This document shows positions 32,818 to 46,782 of a stretch of 64,000 bases of DNA, one piece after another (within the stretch, counting starts at the first letter, position 1; each line of letters begins with the position of its first letter). Where the stretch lies: assembly GCA_030704615.1 (NCBI GenBank), contig CM060734.1:42780001-42844000 (forward strand), read 5' to 3'. The stretch comes from Takakia lepidozioides (Eukaryota; Plantae; Bryophyta). Under the pieces are notes generated by a model. That model had not been told where the DNA came from. It saw only the letters and a list, made by a program, of their open reading frames with translations, and searched no databases. The translations under genes and the position numbers were made by a program.

Positions 32818-35800
32818 ATGCTTCAAGGGCTCAAAGAACGGCTGCTGAGTGTGGCGGGTGCGCCTCAGACCGGTGGTAATGGCCATGGACCTAAAAATTC
32901 TTCAAGTTCACGTGAAGGTCAAATTGACAGAAAGCATGGCCATCTTCAGCACCCACCCTCTCGCAGACGTACCGAGGATGAGATTGGTGAGTCTGTCAAA
33001 ATTTTGTAACTGGATTGCGTGGGTTTCCAGTGATGAGCATTCATGTAGAGCATGTCCGCTCAGAAGTGCTCGCGTGCTTGATCTTCTGGGTTCACCCTCT
33101 CCCCCTCTCTCCTCGGTTCATGAATCTCAACCGACTCTGGTGTAATGATTCTTATTACGAATGGAAAAGAACAGCTCTCAAGGCATACTCTGAATTTCAT
33201 GCCATATGCACTGAGAGTTTTCTTGCGTTTAATACAAGAGGTATTCCTCTCTAGCTCAAGTACATATCTGGGTGGCAGTGCGGCACTTCCAAGGGAAGTC
33301 TGACAATCAAGGAAGCCCTGGTCTGCGTCGGCGATTTTTACTGAAGCTTGCTATGTCCCTTCATTCGTATGGAAGCTCAGCGTCTCGAACTGAGTATTTG
33401 ATTGAGAAGGCCGCCGACCGCCTGGACATTGATGTTGACATAGCAGTGTTCCCTTCCCTCATTCTTCTTTCGTTTCCCAGTGCTAATGATGGCCCAACCG
33501 GGTATGTCTTGCCACCCAACTGCTTGTTTGTGCTGCAGGCGTGATAGAGAGTGAGAGAGGCTACTGTTTGTTGGGGGGGTAAGGGAGATGGAGAGAAAAA
33601 GTGGGAATGTGTGCGCATCTAAATGGAGCGGCAGTAAGAGGAGGAGAGAAAGAAAGGAATATTGTAATGCCATAGAAGAGGGGGAGGGATGGTGGAGAGG
33701 GGGAGAAAAGAGAGGAAACAAAGAAATATATCACTTCCAGAGGAGGCCCGTAGAGAATTCAGGAGAAAACCTTCTGCAATGGCGGTTACTTCAAAAGCAC
33801 AAGGAGAAGAAAGAAAGAAACAAACAAATCTTGTGCGTCCACACTGATGGGACTAACTTGAACAAAAACCACTCTTATTGTAGGTACAGATCCAACAATT
33901 GACATGGTTATGATACAAGTAAGTTCGCAACGGCACGATGGATCATGATTTTCCAATTGAATGCCGCCCAGAATTCAGTGTGCCTCTTGAAAGTGCTGGG
34001 CTTCTTGAGTAACTGTGATAACCTACGAAATCCTAAATGAGTCGGAAGAGTTAAAAGAGGTTGTCCAAATAGTTTCTCTCAAATGCTATGTTTAGCCAGA
34101 ATTGTCTTAAACTTCATGGGGTTAGCGATTCCTTGTCAACACTAATTTCAACGAACTGCCCTTAAAATGGATTGGCTTGTTAAAATCTTCAGGGAACTGA
34201 GACTCCCTCTTTAGACAAAGGAAGAGACAGAGAAGCAAGGAGGCAAGGAAGGGCAAGAGAAGAAGAGAGAAAAAAAACCTTGAAACTTTTCTTGGAGGTG
34301 TGAAGAGGCCAAGGTTGGCAATCCTTGAAATACAGGAAAACTGTTAGAAGTCCCAAAGGGTGGGGATGTATACGTGTGCTCTGGGCAGCTCTGTAGTCTC
34401 TCTCATATTCCCTTGGTCTGTTCATCTTAGCTAGAGCATATTGTTAGGTGATACATCAAGTTTTCACGCTTTACCATATAGATGGTATGCATACATCTAG
34501 TTCTGAGTTGAATCCATTGATAATTGCATGCCACCTGCAACTCTGAAGTTTCAAATGTTGGGGTGGATAGAAGACAATTCCTTAGGCAGGCTGAGAATAT
34601 TAACAGTCTCATGGATGTGTTAGAATATCTAAGGTCTCTAGTAATTGTCAACATGATACGGGTGTCTCCCTCACAATCACATTTGATTCTCACACCTTAC
34701 AGTGAACTTAAGCATACATGGACATCTTTATGTTCACCAACTTGGCTTTTTTTTTAATTCATGTGCTCAGCTGTTGAGGTTTATTACTGCTGATAGAATC
34801 TTCTTGGCATGCAGGAAAGAGATCCATCTGTTGACAGTGGACAGCGAGCTGGATGTGGATAAACTTGGGCGTGCTGATGAGCTTGCAAACCGGGTGGGCA
34901 AGGAAGGAGCTCCCTTGTTGTTGGCCTATTGGCGCCTCAAGGCCATTGCCTCGTCCCCCCCTGAATTTGGAAAGTGGTGGCGGCTCTTTGGCTTTGCTTT
35001 GTCAGCATCTATGTCCGCACTTCTGTTCTTTAATGGTAGGCAACAAAGGTCGAGTTTGTCATTTTCCCTATCTCTCTTTGTTTTGCATTATGTTTGTTAT
35101 GAGCAGGGTCCTGGCTGAATGTCTGGATGAAAAACATGATGATAGGCTTCATCGTATATAAGAGAAGTGTATACTCATGTTGAGAGAAGTTTTTTTATAT
35201 TAGTATTAGAATTCAATGTCTTCTCTTGTAGGTGAAGTGGTACTTACATCAAAAGTGCGAACCTTACACTGAGGAAACAAACCTTACATTCCTTCCACAA
35301 ATCACCTCATGAGATTCAATTATCTCATCTAATACCTGTAGAAAAAATTACTTGTCATCGTAGAATGTTCCAAATTCGACACGATGTTGAACCCTCTACT
35401 TATGAGTGCTTCTCTGGGGGGGGTGGTTGATGGCAGGCAGTCTGTGGGACGGCGCCTTCTCCTTTTTGCTAGGGTTGGCTGTTGGGCTCCTTGACATTAT
35501 TTCATCCAAATCTTCTCTCTTTGGGACCGTCATGGAGTTCAGCTCTGCCCTTGTAGTCTCTTTTCTGGCAAGGGTGTTCTCAGTGCACCTCAAAATGTTC
35601 AATCTTTGCTACTTCTCAATGGCACTTTCCTCCCTTGTGCAGCTTCTGCCAGGTACGCCCCTGTCCACCTTCATGGAATATTTGAGCCTTGCATGGTTCT
35701 CTGTCTTCTGTTGTTCTACTGTTTGTGTGGTTCTAGGGTGTTCTTATTCCTTTGTTTATGGGACCTTCCGCTGACAAAGTAGATTTCTTTTTTCTTGCAC

Positions 35801-37803
35801 TCTTTCTTCTGCCTCTCTCTGTCTCCATGTCCATTTAACTGTCACGGTGTGTATGTTGTAAAACTGCTGATAAATTCCTTTGTATTGTACTGGTTTCTAG
35901 ATAGAGACACTTCTACGTTTGTCGCTTGGGCGTCCTGCTAACCTTCCTTCCTCCTTTCATTCTTTCTTCTCCCTGTCTTTGCTATATATATTCACTTAGT
36001 TGCCATGATGTTTATGTTGGAAACTCCTGATTAATGACTCTGTTGTGTTGGTTTCTAAACATTGACCACTTGATACATGGAGCCTTTGTAGCTTCTCATC
36101 TGCTAGTCATCCCCATGTACACAGCAGGGTAAAATCTGGGGTGGAATGACCAGGGATGTCGTTGACACTAGGGGTGAGTGAGATGGTGGCAAAGGCACAT
36201 GTCACAGGGACATCTCGCATCATGTATGCCCTCTTTTCAGCACTGCAGCTTGGCTTTGGCCTTGCAATGGGAGAAGATATTGTCTGGTGGGCTCCCAAGC
36301 CTGTCTCTGCAGCCTGCCCACCTCCAGATCTTCCCATTTGGTACAATCTTATATGGTACGCATTTCAAGCCGGTCTTCCCTGAACTGAGTGTTAGATTTC
36401 CGTCTTCTACTGCACCAATGTGCCATCATGAACCCCACAGTCAGCCGTGACATTTGCCAAGATATCTTGAGGGAGTTAGCACACAGTGTGCAACTGGGAT
36501 GTACCTGGCAAGTAATCCGCAAGGTGGGGGTTGATGAAACAGAGCTCCAAATAGACCACAGTTGAAGACTCTTGCTGATCTTGGCAGCTTCTTTGGCCTG
36601 TGAGCTAAACACCATCAATCTTTGGCCAAGTGCCTTGAATACTCGGTCATGTCTTGAAAGCCAACACGTTGAGTGCATATTTTGACATTTGGCAATGTGA
36701 AGTGTTTGTAATTTTGTGATAGTCATGTCAATATAACTTACTGTCAGTTGTGCAACAGGTTTTCAGGGTACACATTTGCTTCAAATGTTCTGCTGAGTGC
36801 TCGGTTCAACCAATGGCCAGGCATGGCATTGTCATCATTTGTGGGGTATGCAGTGTCCACATTGACCAGCCTTCACCTTGACTCAAGTGCCTCTTCAGTT
36901 CTTTCTGCCTTTGCTGTGGGTATCACAGGTGTGTCCTTCTGTTCCTACTTCTTTCTGCTTCTATTCCCCAGCCTGCACATTGCCAGCAGGTTGTACTTTG
37001 CCTGAGTTTCTCAGAAAACTTGCACTAGGATGGAACATCACTGAAGAGAGGTGATTGTGTCAAGGGAGTGACCCCTCCCAACTGAACGGGGATGAGCTGG
37101 TTGGACACTCCTCACAATTCCCATGATTGGAGTCTTGTGCAATCTGTGTGTCTTTGTGGATAAGCTTACAACTTCTTAGATGAGTGGTGGACATTTAAAT
37201 GCAGGTGCTCTCAGAACCGTGACTCTTGGCTTGGAGCCTATGGTGGTAAGCAATATCATCCTCTTAGCTGTACTGGCCTGGCATTGCTTGCCAAAATGTG
37301 CATGTAGCACAAGAAGTCCATGCCAAAAGTAAAATGGACCATAAAACTTGGCTGCTTCTTGACAGAAGGCGATTGTCCTGTGGATGAACCAGGCAATTGA
37401 AATAGCTAGCATCATTCTTCTGGCATGTATTGATGATTTTGGTGGTAGGATTTCAGGGACTGCATATTCGCATTTCACAGGGGATCTCCCGCTAGTGATG
37501 GTACTATCAGGCATTCTTCTTCTGGTTCCCGGAGGTATTGGAGTTCAAGGAGTGGCTGCGTTGCTCAAGGACGATGTTCTCTCAGGCATGAGCTTTGTGT
37601 TTGACATGGTAGTCGTTGGATTATCCATCACACTCGGGCTTCTAATTGCCAAGATTGCACTACCCTCAGCACTCTTTGGAGCCAGTAGAGTGCCCATCAT
37701 CAGTAAGAACACTCTCGCGGCGCAGATGGAAAAAGACAGAGATGCAGCTGCTGAATGTGACTCAGACTCCAACATTGACGATGAGGAAGATATGGCTATT
37801 TAG
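32818..37803 (+). CDS. Threonine/serine exporter ThrE family (fungal PRM10-like) membrane protein
   Basis: Phase-consistent GT-AG exons ~32818-32986, 33279-33501, 34815-35035, 35437-35652, 36154-36355, 36759-36928, 37457-37803. Motifs FLLKLAMSLHSYGSSASRTEY, LDVDKL, QLLPGMSLTLGVSEM...GTSRIMYA and SGILLLVPGGIG; about 10 hydrophobic segments. Confidence 0.85.
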
Positions 37804-38372
37804 ATACAATGGTCTATTCAAATGAAACTTCCATTGAACCTGATAGCAATTGGATGTAATTTTCCATTTTTGGCCCACCTGGAAATGCCAACAGGGTATG
37901 GTATGTATCTGACAATATAGGTTATGCTGATAACAGAACTGAACTTGATGAGCCCGCAGTATTCATTTGTGTTGTGTAGCTGTGGAGCACCCAAAGCTGG
38001 CATTGGACACACCAACTGTGTTGACTCTAACAAGAGAGTTGGATCTGGTCTTACTTTCTCCTTCAATTCAATTGTGTGCCTGGAGTTCTCCTTTAATCTT
38101 ACAGAGATGTCTGGTACTTCCACAAGAGAGGCCCAAGTACCATCCACAAGTCTCTTCAACTCTTCACGTGACCACCATGAGCAAAATTTGAAAAGCAAAC
38201 ATGGAAAAATACAAGACATGGAAAGCACAAAACGATCTCATCTCAGCCGTCCATAATAAAAGATGGGGACAGAAAAAGAAAAAGATGGAGCTACTGTGCA
38301 AGAGGCAGCAAGGTTTCAAAACGCTGGCTATGGCGGCAAGGCTTTTCTCTCTTGCACACCAGTCTTGGGGAA

Positions 38373-41332
38373 ATGGAGCGGGTCATGATACCAAAGGAGG
38401 TGTTTGAAAAGGAGTTGGGGGACATGGTGCAGCAGCTGGATGCGTTCGTTTACGAGTGTCATGAAATGTTCCAGGATACTGAAAATGATGCCTGGTCCAT
38501 TCGATTCACGTCTCAAGGTACTCTTGTGCTTTCCCTTCTTACGTTCTTCTCCTTGTCTCTGGCCTTGTGTTGCTGCCCTGTTCGTCTGTGCATCTATGTC
38601 TAGTGTGATGAATGTCTGGTATTTCCGCCCCGTCCATCTCCTGTTTCTCTTCCGATTCCCGCAGTTCCCTCAGCAATAACTGCTCAGGGTTGTATAATCT
38701 TGAAGTGCTGAAAATCGAGATTGTTTCTTTTGGGGATCGTGAGAACCTCGTGTGATTAATGAGTAGCGCAATCCATCATGAGCAGATTTAACTTTGCTAC
38801 TCTTACTATACGTACGACTAACGTTAAACATCACTGTGTAAAACACCACTTAATCGGTAAGGGTGCATTTTGTGGTGGATTGCAGCAAAGACCAACGAGC
38901 TACTTGAACGTTGGCAAATCCTGGAGACTGAGGACTCCTGCATTCAGACAGGTATGGGATTTGTTTTCGATGACGTCGATGGTACAATGTAACAACACAC
39001 AAGGGGAATAAACCTGCCACTTCTTAGACAGAGGCAAACATACTGGAATATTTCAGGCTCTTGCAGCTAGGTCCATAATGGTTGGAAAGAAGAGAGGGAG
39101 AAAAGGGAGGCCCTAGTTCAGGATGTCTTTGTCAGAAACATGCCGTACTGAAATCTTGGGAACAAGGATTAACTGGCCACTGGAGGCATGAAATCATCAA
39201 ATAATCCATGATCGTATTTCTTATGATAGTAACGGCAACCTTCTTTCTAAAAGGAGTCAGCTCAAAAGATTATCAAGTACGGCCAAGAATGACTGTGTGT
39301 GACAATGAGGAATTCCTCATTTCCCATTTGACATCCAAATGCAAAGTGCGATGAATTTGTTAGAACATGCTACTTCCATGGAGTTAATGGAATTCCGTCA
39401 AGACCAACCAAGTTGTCATGCCCTGCCAGTCTAGATAAATCTGCATCAGTAGAGCTGTAAGTAGTGAAATATGACCTACACCATAACTGACATGTTACAT
39501 TATAATGGGCGGAGTAGGTGTCCTCACTTCCTTGTGGCAAAATCTATGAGAGTTCAAATAATTCTTGAAAAGCAGTTAGTGGATTATTGCGAGATAATAT
39601 CTTATTAAAGGATGAGCCCCAAAAGGCCATCATCCTGACAGTGCTTCTTCTTTTGTTTAAATTATTGGTTTCGTCATTCATAAGCTGTTTGTCTGGCTGG
39701 GCACAGAGCGTGACAATCAGCAAAAAGAACAAGTCGAATTTGAGGACCGAATCAAACAGGCACAGTCAAACATAGAAGACCTGCATGAACGAACTGCCCA
39801 TCTCTTGCAAATAAAGGAGAAGCGTGAGCAACTGGTTACCAAAGCCATGTCAGGTATGTCTCTGATTGTCAGCTTATTTTGTGTGCATTTTGTTTGAATG
39901 TCTCGAGTATGCATCGTTTTGACAAGCCACTAAGAGAGATCTTCTGCTCTCTTCTCTTCTGCTGTCTCCCTTGGGTCCTTTGGCCTCTGATGGACATCTA
40001 CTTTCTTTCTTTCTTTCTTTATTCTCCTTGTCTCCACCTACTGTCCCTGTCTCCCTTGGTTGGAACTTCCTTAACTTCACCTGTAAAAGTGTACTTCGAG
40101 AGTTCTCTTGTTGGACTCTCGTGAAGATGTCAATGCTCTTATTTGCAGAGATTGCAGGCAAGCTGAGTCGCAGAAAGCAAAAAGTGGAGGCATTGCGGGA
40201 GGCGACTGCATGGTACAAGCGACTCCTAAGCATGCGGTGCGAGTACTCTGACGGTAGTGTAATAAACTCAGCCAGTAACATGGAAAATGACAGTAGCACT
40301 AATGCATTCATGGATGATTTTCTTCTAGTTTCTTGTGCTCCCAAGTGATCATTATGAACATGGTCTCATCTGGTTCTCTAGATGTTCCCAATGGCAATTG
40401 CTGTGCGAAATGAGTTTACTGGTGAATATTAGGTGCCATGAGCAAAATCTTCCTCCTGAAGAGCTTGCCATCTCTCTTGCCTAGCCTTTATTTTAACACT
40501 ACCTTTGACTATGGCTGACAAATGTACTGCAGATAAACTGTACATAGCCTCATACTGAGGCTGTGGCTCAACAAAGAGGAGAGAGAGGGGATAACATCTT
40601 ATATGGGCTTTATTTCTTTTGTACCCTTCAATTTCATCATGTTCTGCCCCTTGGCAAAGATTTCATATGTCTGGTATTCATTGGGCATTGGCAGTTATTG
40701 ATGAGGCTGTGTGCCATGGCTTGAGAAAACCTGTCTCTTCACTGATTGTCAACCTTCTTTTTCACCCCAGCTGTTAAGTTCATCTTCACCAATGTGGATC
40801 CACGAGACCCAGAGTGGGAGTGTTCCTTCTCAATTCGGCATGACAAAGCTACCAACATATGGTTAAGTGGGCTCTCATCACACTCTTACCTCTTTTACTT
40901 CTTGAAACCTTTGAGTTGTCTGCAACCGTTAACACAGGTGTGGTAGTACATGGTTGTCAAGCACCAACAATAGCTAGAATGTCATATGAATCCAGTTTTC
41001 TTCTGTATCCTCATTGTCACAGTAGTGTTGTCTGCTTCCTTTGACCTAGGTATGCTTGTTTATGAAGATTTTCCACAGTACAGCCCAGTGTGGACTGCAC
41101 TAATTTGGTGACTCGTTTTAGTAAGAATCCCTCTGGTGTGCTGTGGACAGTGGTGGACTGTAATCCCTATGTGGAGGCCAGTGGAAGCCTGATTGATGCA
41201 TTGAACCGAATCAATGACTTCTCTCGGTTTGTAAGGTCTATGCGCCAGGAGTTTTGTTCTGTATGTAGCATTCAGAGGGGTTCCTCACCAGCGATGGGTG
41301 GTTTCCGACAGCAAGGTGGCTCTAGCCATTGA
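38373..41332 (+). CDS. SPC25: Kinetochore NDC80-complex subunit SPC25
   Basis: Exons ~38373-38517, 39706-39853, 40149-40253, 40771-40866, 41151-41332. Coiled coil followed by WYKRLLSMRCEYSDAVKFIFTNVDPRDPEWECSFSIRH...CNPYV...LIDALNRINDFSRFVRSMRQEF (Spc25 RWD-like C-terminus). Confidence 0.88.
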
Positions 41333-42572
41333 GATCACAGTACTTACAAACATTGGTTTCGTGACTATGTATATCATCCCCACACACTTTAAAATAGGAA
41401 GCATTGAAGCCATGCACACTCACATGATAGTGATGCGCTTAGGATGCCACTGCAGTGTGAGACCCACCACTCCAACTACCTCCTTCGCTGCCATGTTTCA
41501 CCAGACAAGCTGAGTTGCAGGGTGTGTAATGCAAGGACGATGGAAGGCAGTCACTTGTGATGGTGAAACCTCTAATCCTTTCAAGGGTCCATCATAACAG
41601 TACATTCAAGGTGGTGGTCTGCTCATGTTTAATGTAGAAAATTTGGTGAGCACTTCATTTGTGACTGCTTGAAACAACTTAACAAGGGAGATCTGAGCTA
41701 GAGGTACAGTGATTGTGAGCTTTAATTTGCTTCTTATCATCTTTTGGATAACATTTGTATAACAATTGACGAATTTACAGAGCCTATTACTCGATGGGCA
41801 ACCATTGAGGGGCCAACAGACAGTTAAAGAGGCATTTGAAAGGATTGAATCCAGATTTTCCCAGTTATGCACAAGCAAGGCACTCCGCTTGAGTGGATTG
41901 GCTATCACAAGGGAGATTAAGAGTCTCTTTTTTCTATTTGGATGGAGTTTGGAGTCAGCCTAGAGATCTCATGCATGGGATGGCATGGAGAAAACAAGAA
42001 GAAAAAAGGTCATTTTCGTACTCCATCCTTGTTGAATATGTTGCGTATATATTTGGGGCTTGTGGCTAGCAAAGCTTTGGCAGCTGGTGACTGTATGAAA
42101 ATAACTATGACAAAAATATTTCTTTTGGAGTGCAAGATAAACTGGGGAGCAAATGGGGACCCAAGCAACGAACAATGTATTGGACATTTAGAATATATAG
42201 ATACAGCTTGCGCCCCACTTGCAATAATCCTGGCAACCAGGGAGGTTCTGTAGCTGGAAAACATGCTCCATACTCCGTATTTTATTCACACGATTTCTTG
42301 CATTGTGGATCTCTCCAATGCAGCTGAATCTCAGGCAGAAGAGGTTTGAAGTTAGCAGCAGTGTTGGACTGGTATATAGGGCCTGGCCAGGTATCAAGTA
42401 TCAACTAGGGTATTAAATCACCGACCTGGCCGGTGTTGGCTGTTGTAATACTAGGGTTAATAATCGAACCGCCTGGTATTGACAATTCCAATACCTAGGT
42501 CAATACCCTACATAGGCTGGTATTGACAATGGCAATACCCATGCAATACCCATATTATGGGCAAAAACAAGG

Positions 42573-44330
42573 ATATATATATAACTAACGCCAACCGAAG
42601 CTAGCGTAAATAAGAGCCTCATCCCCTTGCGGGTACTGCCCCCTTTCAAGGGTGGGCTCTATCCAAACTGTAACCTGTCACACAGTGGCTGGCCACTTTC
42701 AATCTTACGTTTATTGTGGATTAGGGATGTGAGTGATGAAATAGCCGTGAAATGCAAGGCTCGTAGTAGAGGTGTAGTGTATTTGGGTGGTAGGTTGAGA
42801 TTATCTTTCAAACCTTGGATATTATGGGTATGAGCACCGCCCCTCACACCCGCAGTGATGACGGTCAGAGGTGTTCCAGCCTCGCTCACGGAGGGCATGT
42901 ATGATTGGGTCATATTTTTCGTGTTTGTACATAATTGATTGATCTGGATTTCGATCATGGCAAAATGCGAATTCCAAAAAATGTAGTTTGAGAGATAGAA
43001 GCGGTTCTGTCGGTGGCAATGCCAGTAGAGGAAGTCCCTAGACTAACAAAATATCTGGGCATAGCCTTGCCAGACAAAGGCACGGGTGCCCTTGGGAGCA
43101 TACAGACGGTAGCAGCCATGGGGGTATGGTGTGCGACCTTGGAATGTGCCTGCATATGAGGTTAAACCATCTAGATTTCGGATGTGAAATGAGAATTTTA
43201 TGGAGTTGTCGAACGCCTCGGTTATGTCTAATTACCCGCAACCCATGTATTATGGGGTGGTTGCAGTGGAGAAGTAGATGTGGCCATATATCTATTTGGG
43301 GATTTTGGGATGAACATAACACGCAGTGTTTATTGGGGTATAATAATGGCCATAACAAGTTCCGTCGTCGGTTGCCCATGTATTGACTATACCAAAATTT
43401 CAAAGTTTGTTTGATTTCTACATCGGTAACCCTGGGGGATGTCCAAAAATGATTGGACATACTATGTAGCAGGTGCGGGGACGAGACCCACTTAGATATG
43501 TACGAATTTCTGTACGTGTGGGATTCTTGTATGAGTAGTTTGGTCTCGCCTTGAATGTGTGTGCAGATTCCGTATAGGTGTTATGGTTGGGAATCTAGCC
43601 CTTGTTCATATGAGCCAAAACGGGTATGTGTGCGACCGGTGGATAGGGCTGGTCAAGGGGTTGATGATTGGCTGATTGGCACCAAGTTGGGCAAGATGGT
43701 CTGCTACGTCATTACCTATTATGTCTGTGTGAGATCAAACTTTATGTATATGGATTTGCAGCGGTAAAGATGATACAACATCGACGATTTCTTTTATAAG
43801 TGTAATATCAGGATGGTGGATATGTGATGATGGTATACAAATTTGGTTGGTGAGAAAGCAAAGGGAGATCAAGTTGTCTGTAAATAAATAGTATGTTGAA
43901 GTAGGTTGGTAGGGGAGGGACTTCAAAGCATCATGTATAGCCACAAGCTCCGCTCGCAGGATATTTTGGCGACCAGGGAGACGACTATATATTTTGGTAT
44001 TGGTGCCAACCAAATATATACCATAACCCGTTTGGGCATCTTTTAAGGAGCCATCAATATATTGCATTTCCGTGGTTGGAATTTTAAGGTTGTGGGTTCC
44101 GTGAAATCTGGCAGTGGTATAGCAAAGGATTTTGGTCTCGCTGCCAAAAGATGCATGGGGTCACATGTCTCCATGGTTTGTCTGGATTGATTTGGGGATA
44201 TTTGTTGTAGGTGGGTGGACCATGGCCCCGTGCGACCAAATAAATATTTTAGAATCTAGTCCAGTTGATGGTAGAAAGTGATAGGTATTTGCGGGTCTAT
44301 TATAGGATTATTATACATATGGTATAGATA
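42573..44330 (-). mobile_element. 5'-truncated LINE with RNase H + CCHC + restriction-like endonuclease (Dualen/RandI-like), nested in the hAT
   Basis: YIDGSL...NILRAELVAI...FTDNL...HKV*SHTDIIGNDVAD (RNase H); CVLC...HLLLHC...RHNRGV (CCHC); LCPDILLV...FLEFAFC...KHEKYDP...ITAGVRG (PD..ExK RLE); (TA)n at the 3' end near 42573. Confidence 0.75.
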
Positions 44331-44654
44331 TGAAGTTGGGTTGGTGCACACGTCAGGGGTGAGGGCGTGTCCAGCCCCAGGGATGCCATTATTTTTTAGC
44401 ACATGTTAGGTAGGGCAATGTCGACTTGGCATTGACAACCTCGACAAATTAGTGCTAATTTTACAGAATTGGCTGGTTGATGTGCGGACGGATTGCAAGG
44501 TGGTTGAGCAAGGGATCAAGGATCTCTTTTTTGGAAGACATTACGATTGATGAATATGAGGACCTCATTGCAGATAGTGGCATGTTGCACCTCAACGTGA
44601 CAAAACAAAACAAACAAAACAAAACAAACATCTCGCTTCATATAGCTTGTGTCG

Positions 44655-44975
44655 TCGGCCCAAGTGTCCAATGTCATCTAAGTCCAAGTGCAATCCTCTC
44701 TGTATCCAAGTGCGTCTCTTATGTCGAGGCCCAAATGCGACCTCTAGGGTAGCATGTGCCATGGGCCCAAGTGTCAAGTGTCATCTAAGTCCAATTGTAA
44801 GATCTTCTATGTATCCCAGTGCGTCTTCTATGTCAAGGCCCAAGTGCAACCTCTAGGCCCATGTGTGAAGAATTAAAAAATCTAAGACCAAGTGCAATTT
44901 CCTATGTATCCAATGTGTCTCCTATGCTAAGGCCTAAGTGCGACCTCTAGTGTAGCCTATGCTGTTGGCCCATGT
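44655..44975 (+). repeat. Tandem repeat of ~105 bp, about 3 copies
   Basis: ggcccaagtgtc..atctaagtccaa..tgtatcc.agtgcgtc..tatgtc.aggccca..tgc.acctctag recurs from ~44657, ~44765 and ~44855. Confidence 0.7.
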
Positions 44976-46782
44976 GCATTACATAATAATGTTGCAGATT
45001 TTAGTACGCAAAGTGAAGCAAGCTTTGTTAAAAGAGAACTCATTGCGAGGCTCTTTGTCAGTCTAAATTTTGCAACAGAATATTTAATTTCTTTGTGAAA
45101 TCAAGTCTGCTTTTTAATTGAAGGCATACTTAATGATTGGTGGTTATTTTAATTTTAACTTTAATTTTTTATATCCGGTTGATAACCGACTGGTATTACG
45201 ATTGGAATACCAGTCATATTGATACCCATCCACTACTGAGAACCGGCGGATATTAACATTAAAAGAATATTCCAATACCAGCTGTAGGCTGATATTAACG
45301 TTAAGAGAATATTCTAATACTATGGCGGCCGCTGGTATTGAAAAATAAATTTTTCTTCAATACCAGGACCTGGCTGGTAATAAAAAAGGACCACCGTCCA
45401 ACACTGCTTAGAAGCTTAAAAGTCAACCCACTTAGGTGTGCATCTTTGACTTTTCTTTCCTTTTCTTCTTTTTCCAAAGAAAAGGAGACGCAGGCCCTGT
45501 TAAGCTTGACTTGCCAGAACAGTCTACTGAAGTGTAAACCATGGTCAGTAATTAAAGCTGTGACATTGCTTAGTATTGTTGCACCCAGAAACTTTTCAAA
45601 CCATTCAAGTGTGCAAATCATGGCCTATCAAGTTCAGAATTAAGTGACAAACTAAGCAAACCAGGAGTGGGTGAAGCTCCTTAATGCACAGGATTCAATT
45701 TTGTCCCTTGTTCTCACTCTGAATATCATGTGGATCTAAGTTTGGGGATTGCCCCATGTGAATGAGAACATGTCTGTACTCCATGGATGGAGAAGTGACA
45801 AAATTGTAGAAGACATGGTACACAGCTTCTAAAGAGAGTGTTTCCTTGCCAACCTTTGCTGGACTCTTTCTACTTAAGATACCTACCTGTCTCATATGAT
45901 TGTATCTTATGTACCCACAAAAGGGATCTAGAAATCAAGAGCAATGAGGTCGGATTCAAATGGCACAAACTGAGAACGAACTTGGAATTGTCTGGCTGGA
46001 GTGCAGGTGTAGCATAAGATACCCTGAAAAAGCAATTCCACGACACTGAGTACTTGGTTTTGTTAGAATCAGCTCAGACCAAAAAACATGCATATAGGCA
46101 ATCTTTGCCATCACCATTTGGTAGCAGTAGGTCTTACTCACTTATAGTTTAGTTGGTGAGTTTCTAGGGAAATAAGCTTGTAAGAAAAGAGACGGATATC
46201 TGCCAAAAAAATCCAGCAATGGGCAAGAAGTAACCTGATATGTAGCTGGTACCCTGTTGTATAGGACCCCCAAGGCATCAAATATGCTGTCCAAAACCCA
46301 GCCATAGTGAACAGACCTTCCTCAACTGCAGAGCTGTTGCTCCTGGTAATAGGCCAGTTGTTGAACCCTTTGATCACAGGTGTAAACTCTCTGCAGAATT
46401 ATAAATGACACTCGGAAAATCAAATAGGTTACTTTTTCATGCTCGAACACACTACCGCGTATCACGTTTCTCTATTCAGAATTCATGTGAAAGAGTTGAG
46501 AATGCATGTTCTTCAAAAATATGTTTGTCATTGGTTTTCAAAACTTCAACCACACACGAGTAAATGAATAACCCTTCCATGGCACTTTATGCAAGCATAT
46601 GCCCCCCTTCTTCCAGCAATTCCACTAATGCATTTTCCCAGACAATCACCCGCAAACTGCTCTCTCACCAGGGTATTTGAGCTCAGCAGAAATACTTTTG
46701 ACACACCTTGACTCCACTGCACAGTGGAGTAGAGATTGGGATGATGTCAGAAATTTGTAAGAGCCCCATGCCCCCGAACGAA

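Larger units (their letters stand above)
42359..45406 (+). mobile_element. Non-autonomous hAT element
   Basis: TIRs CAGTGTTGGAC (42359-42369) and GTCCAACACTG (45396-45406); flanking 8-mers GTTAGCAG/CTTAGAAG (6/8); GGTATT/AATACC subterminal repeats; hAT C-terminal remnant RLGIDNLDKLVLILQNW at ~44424-44475. Confidence 0.75.
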
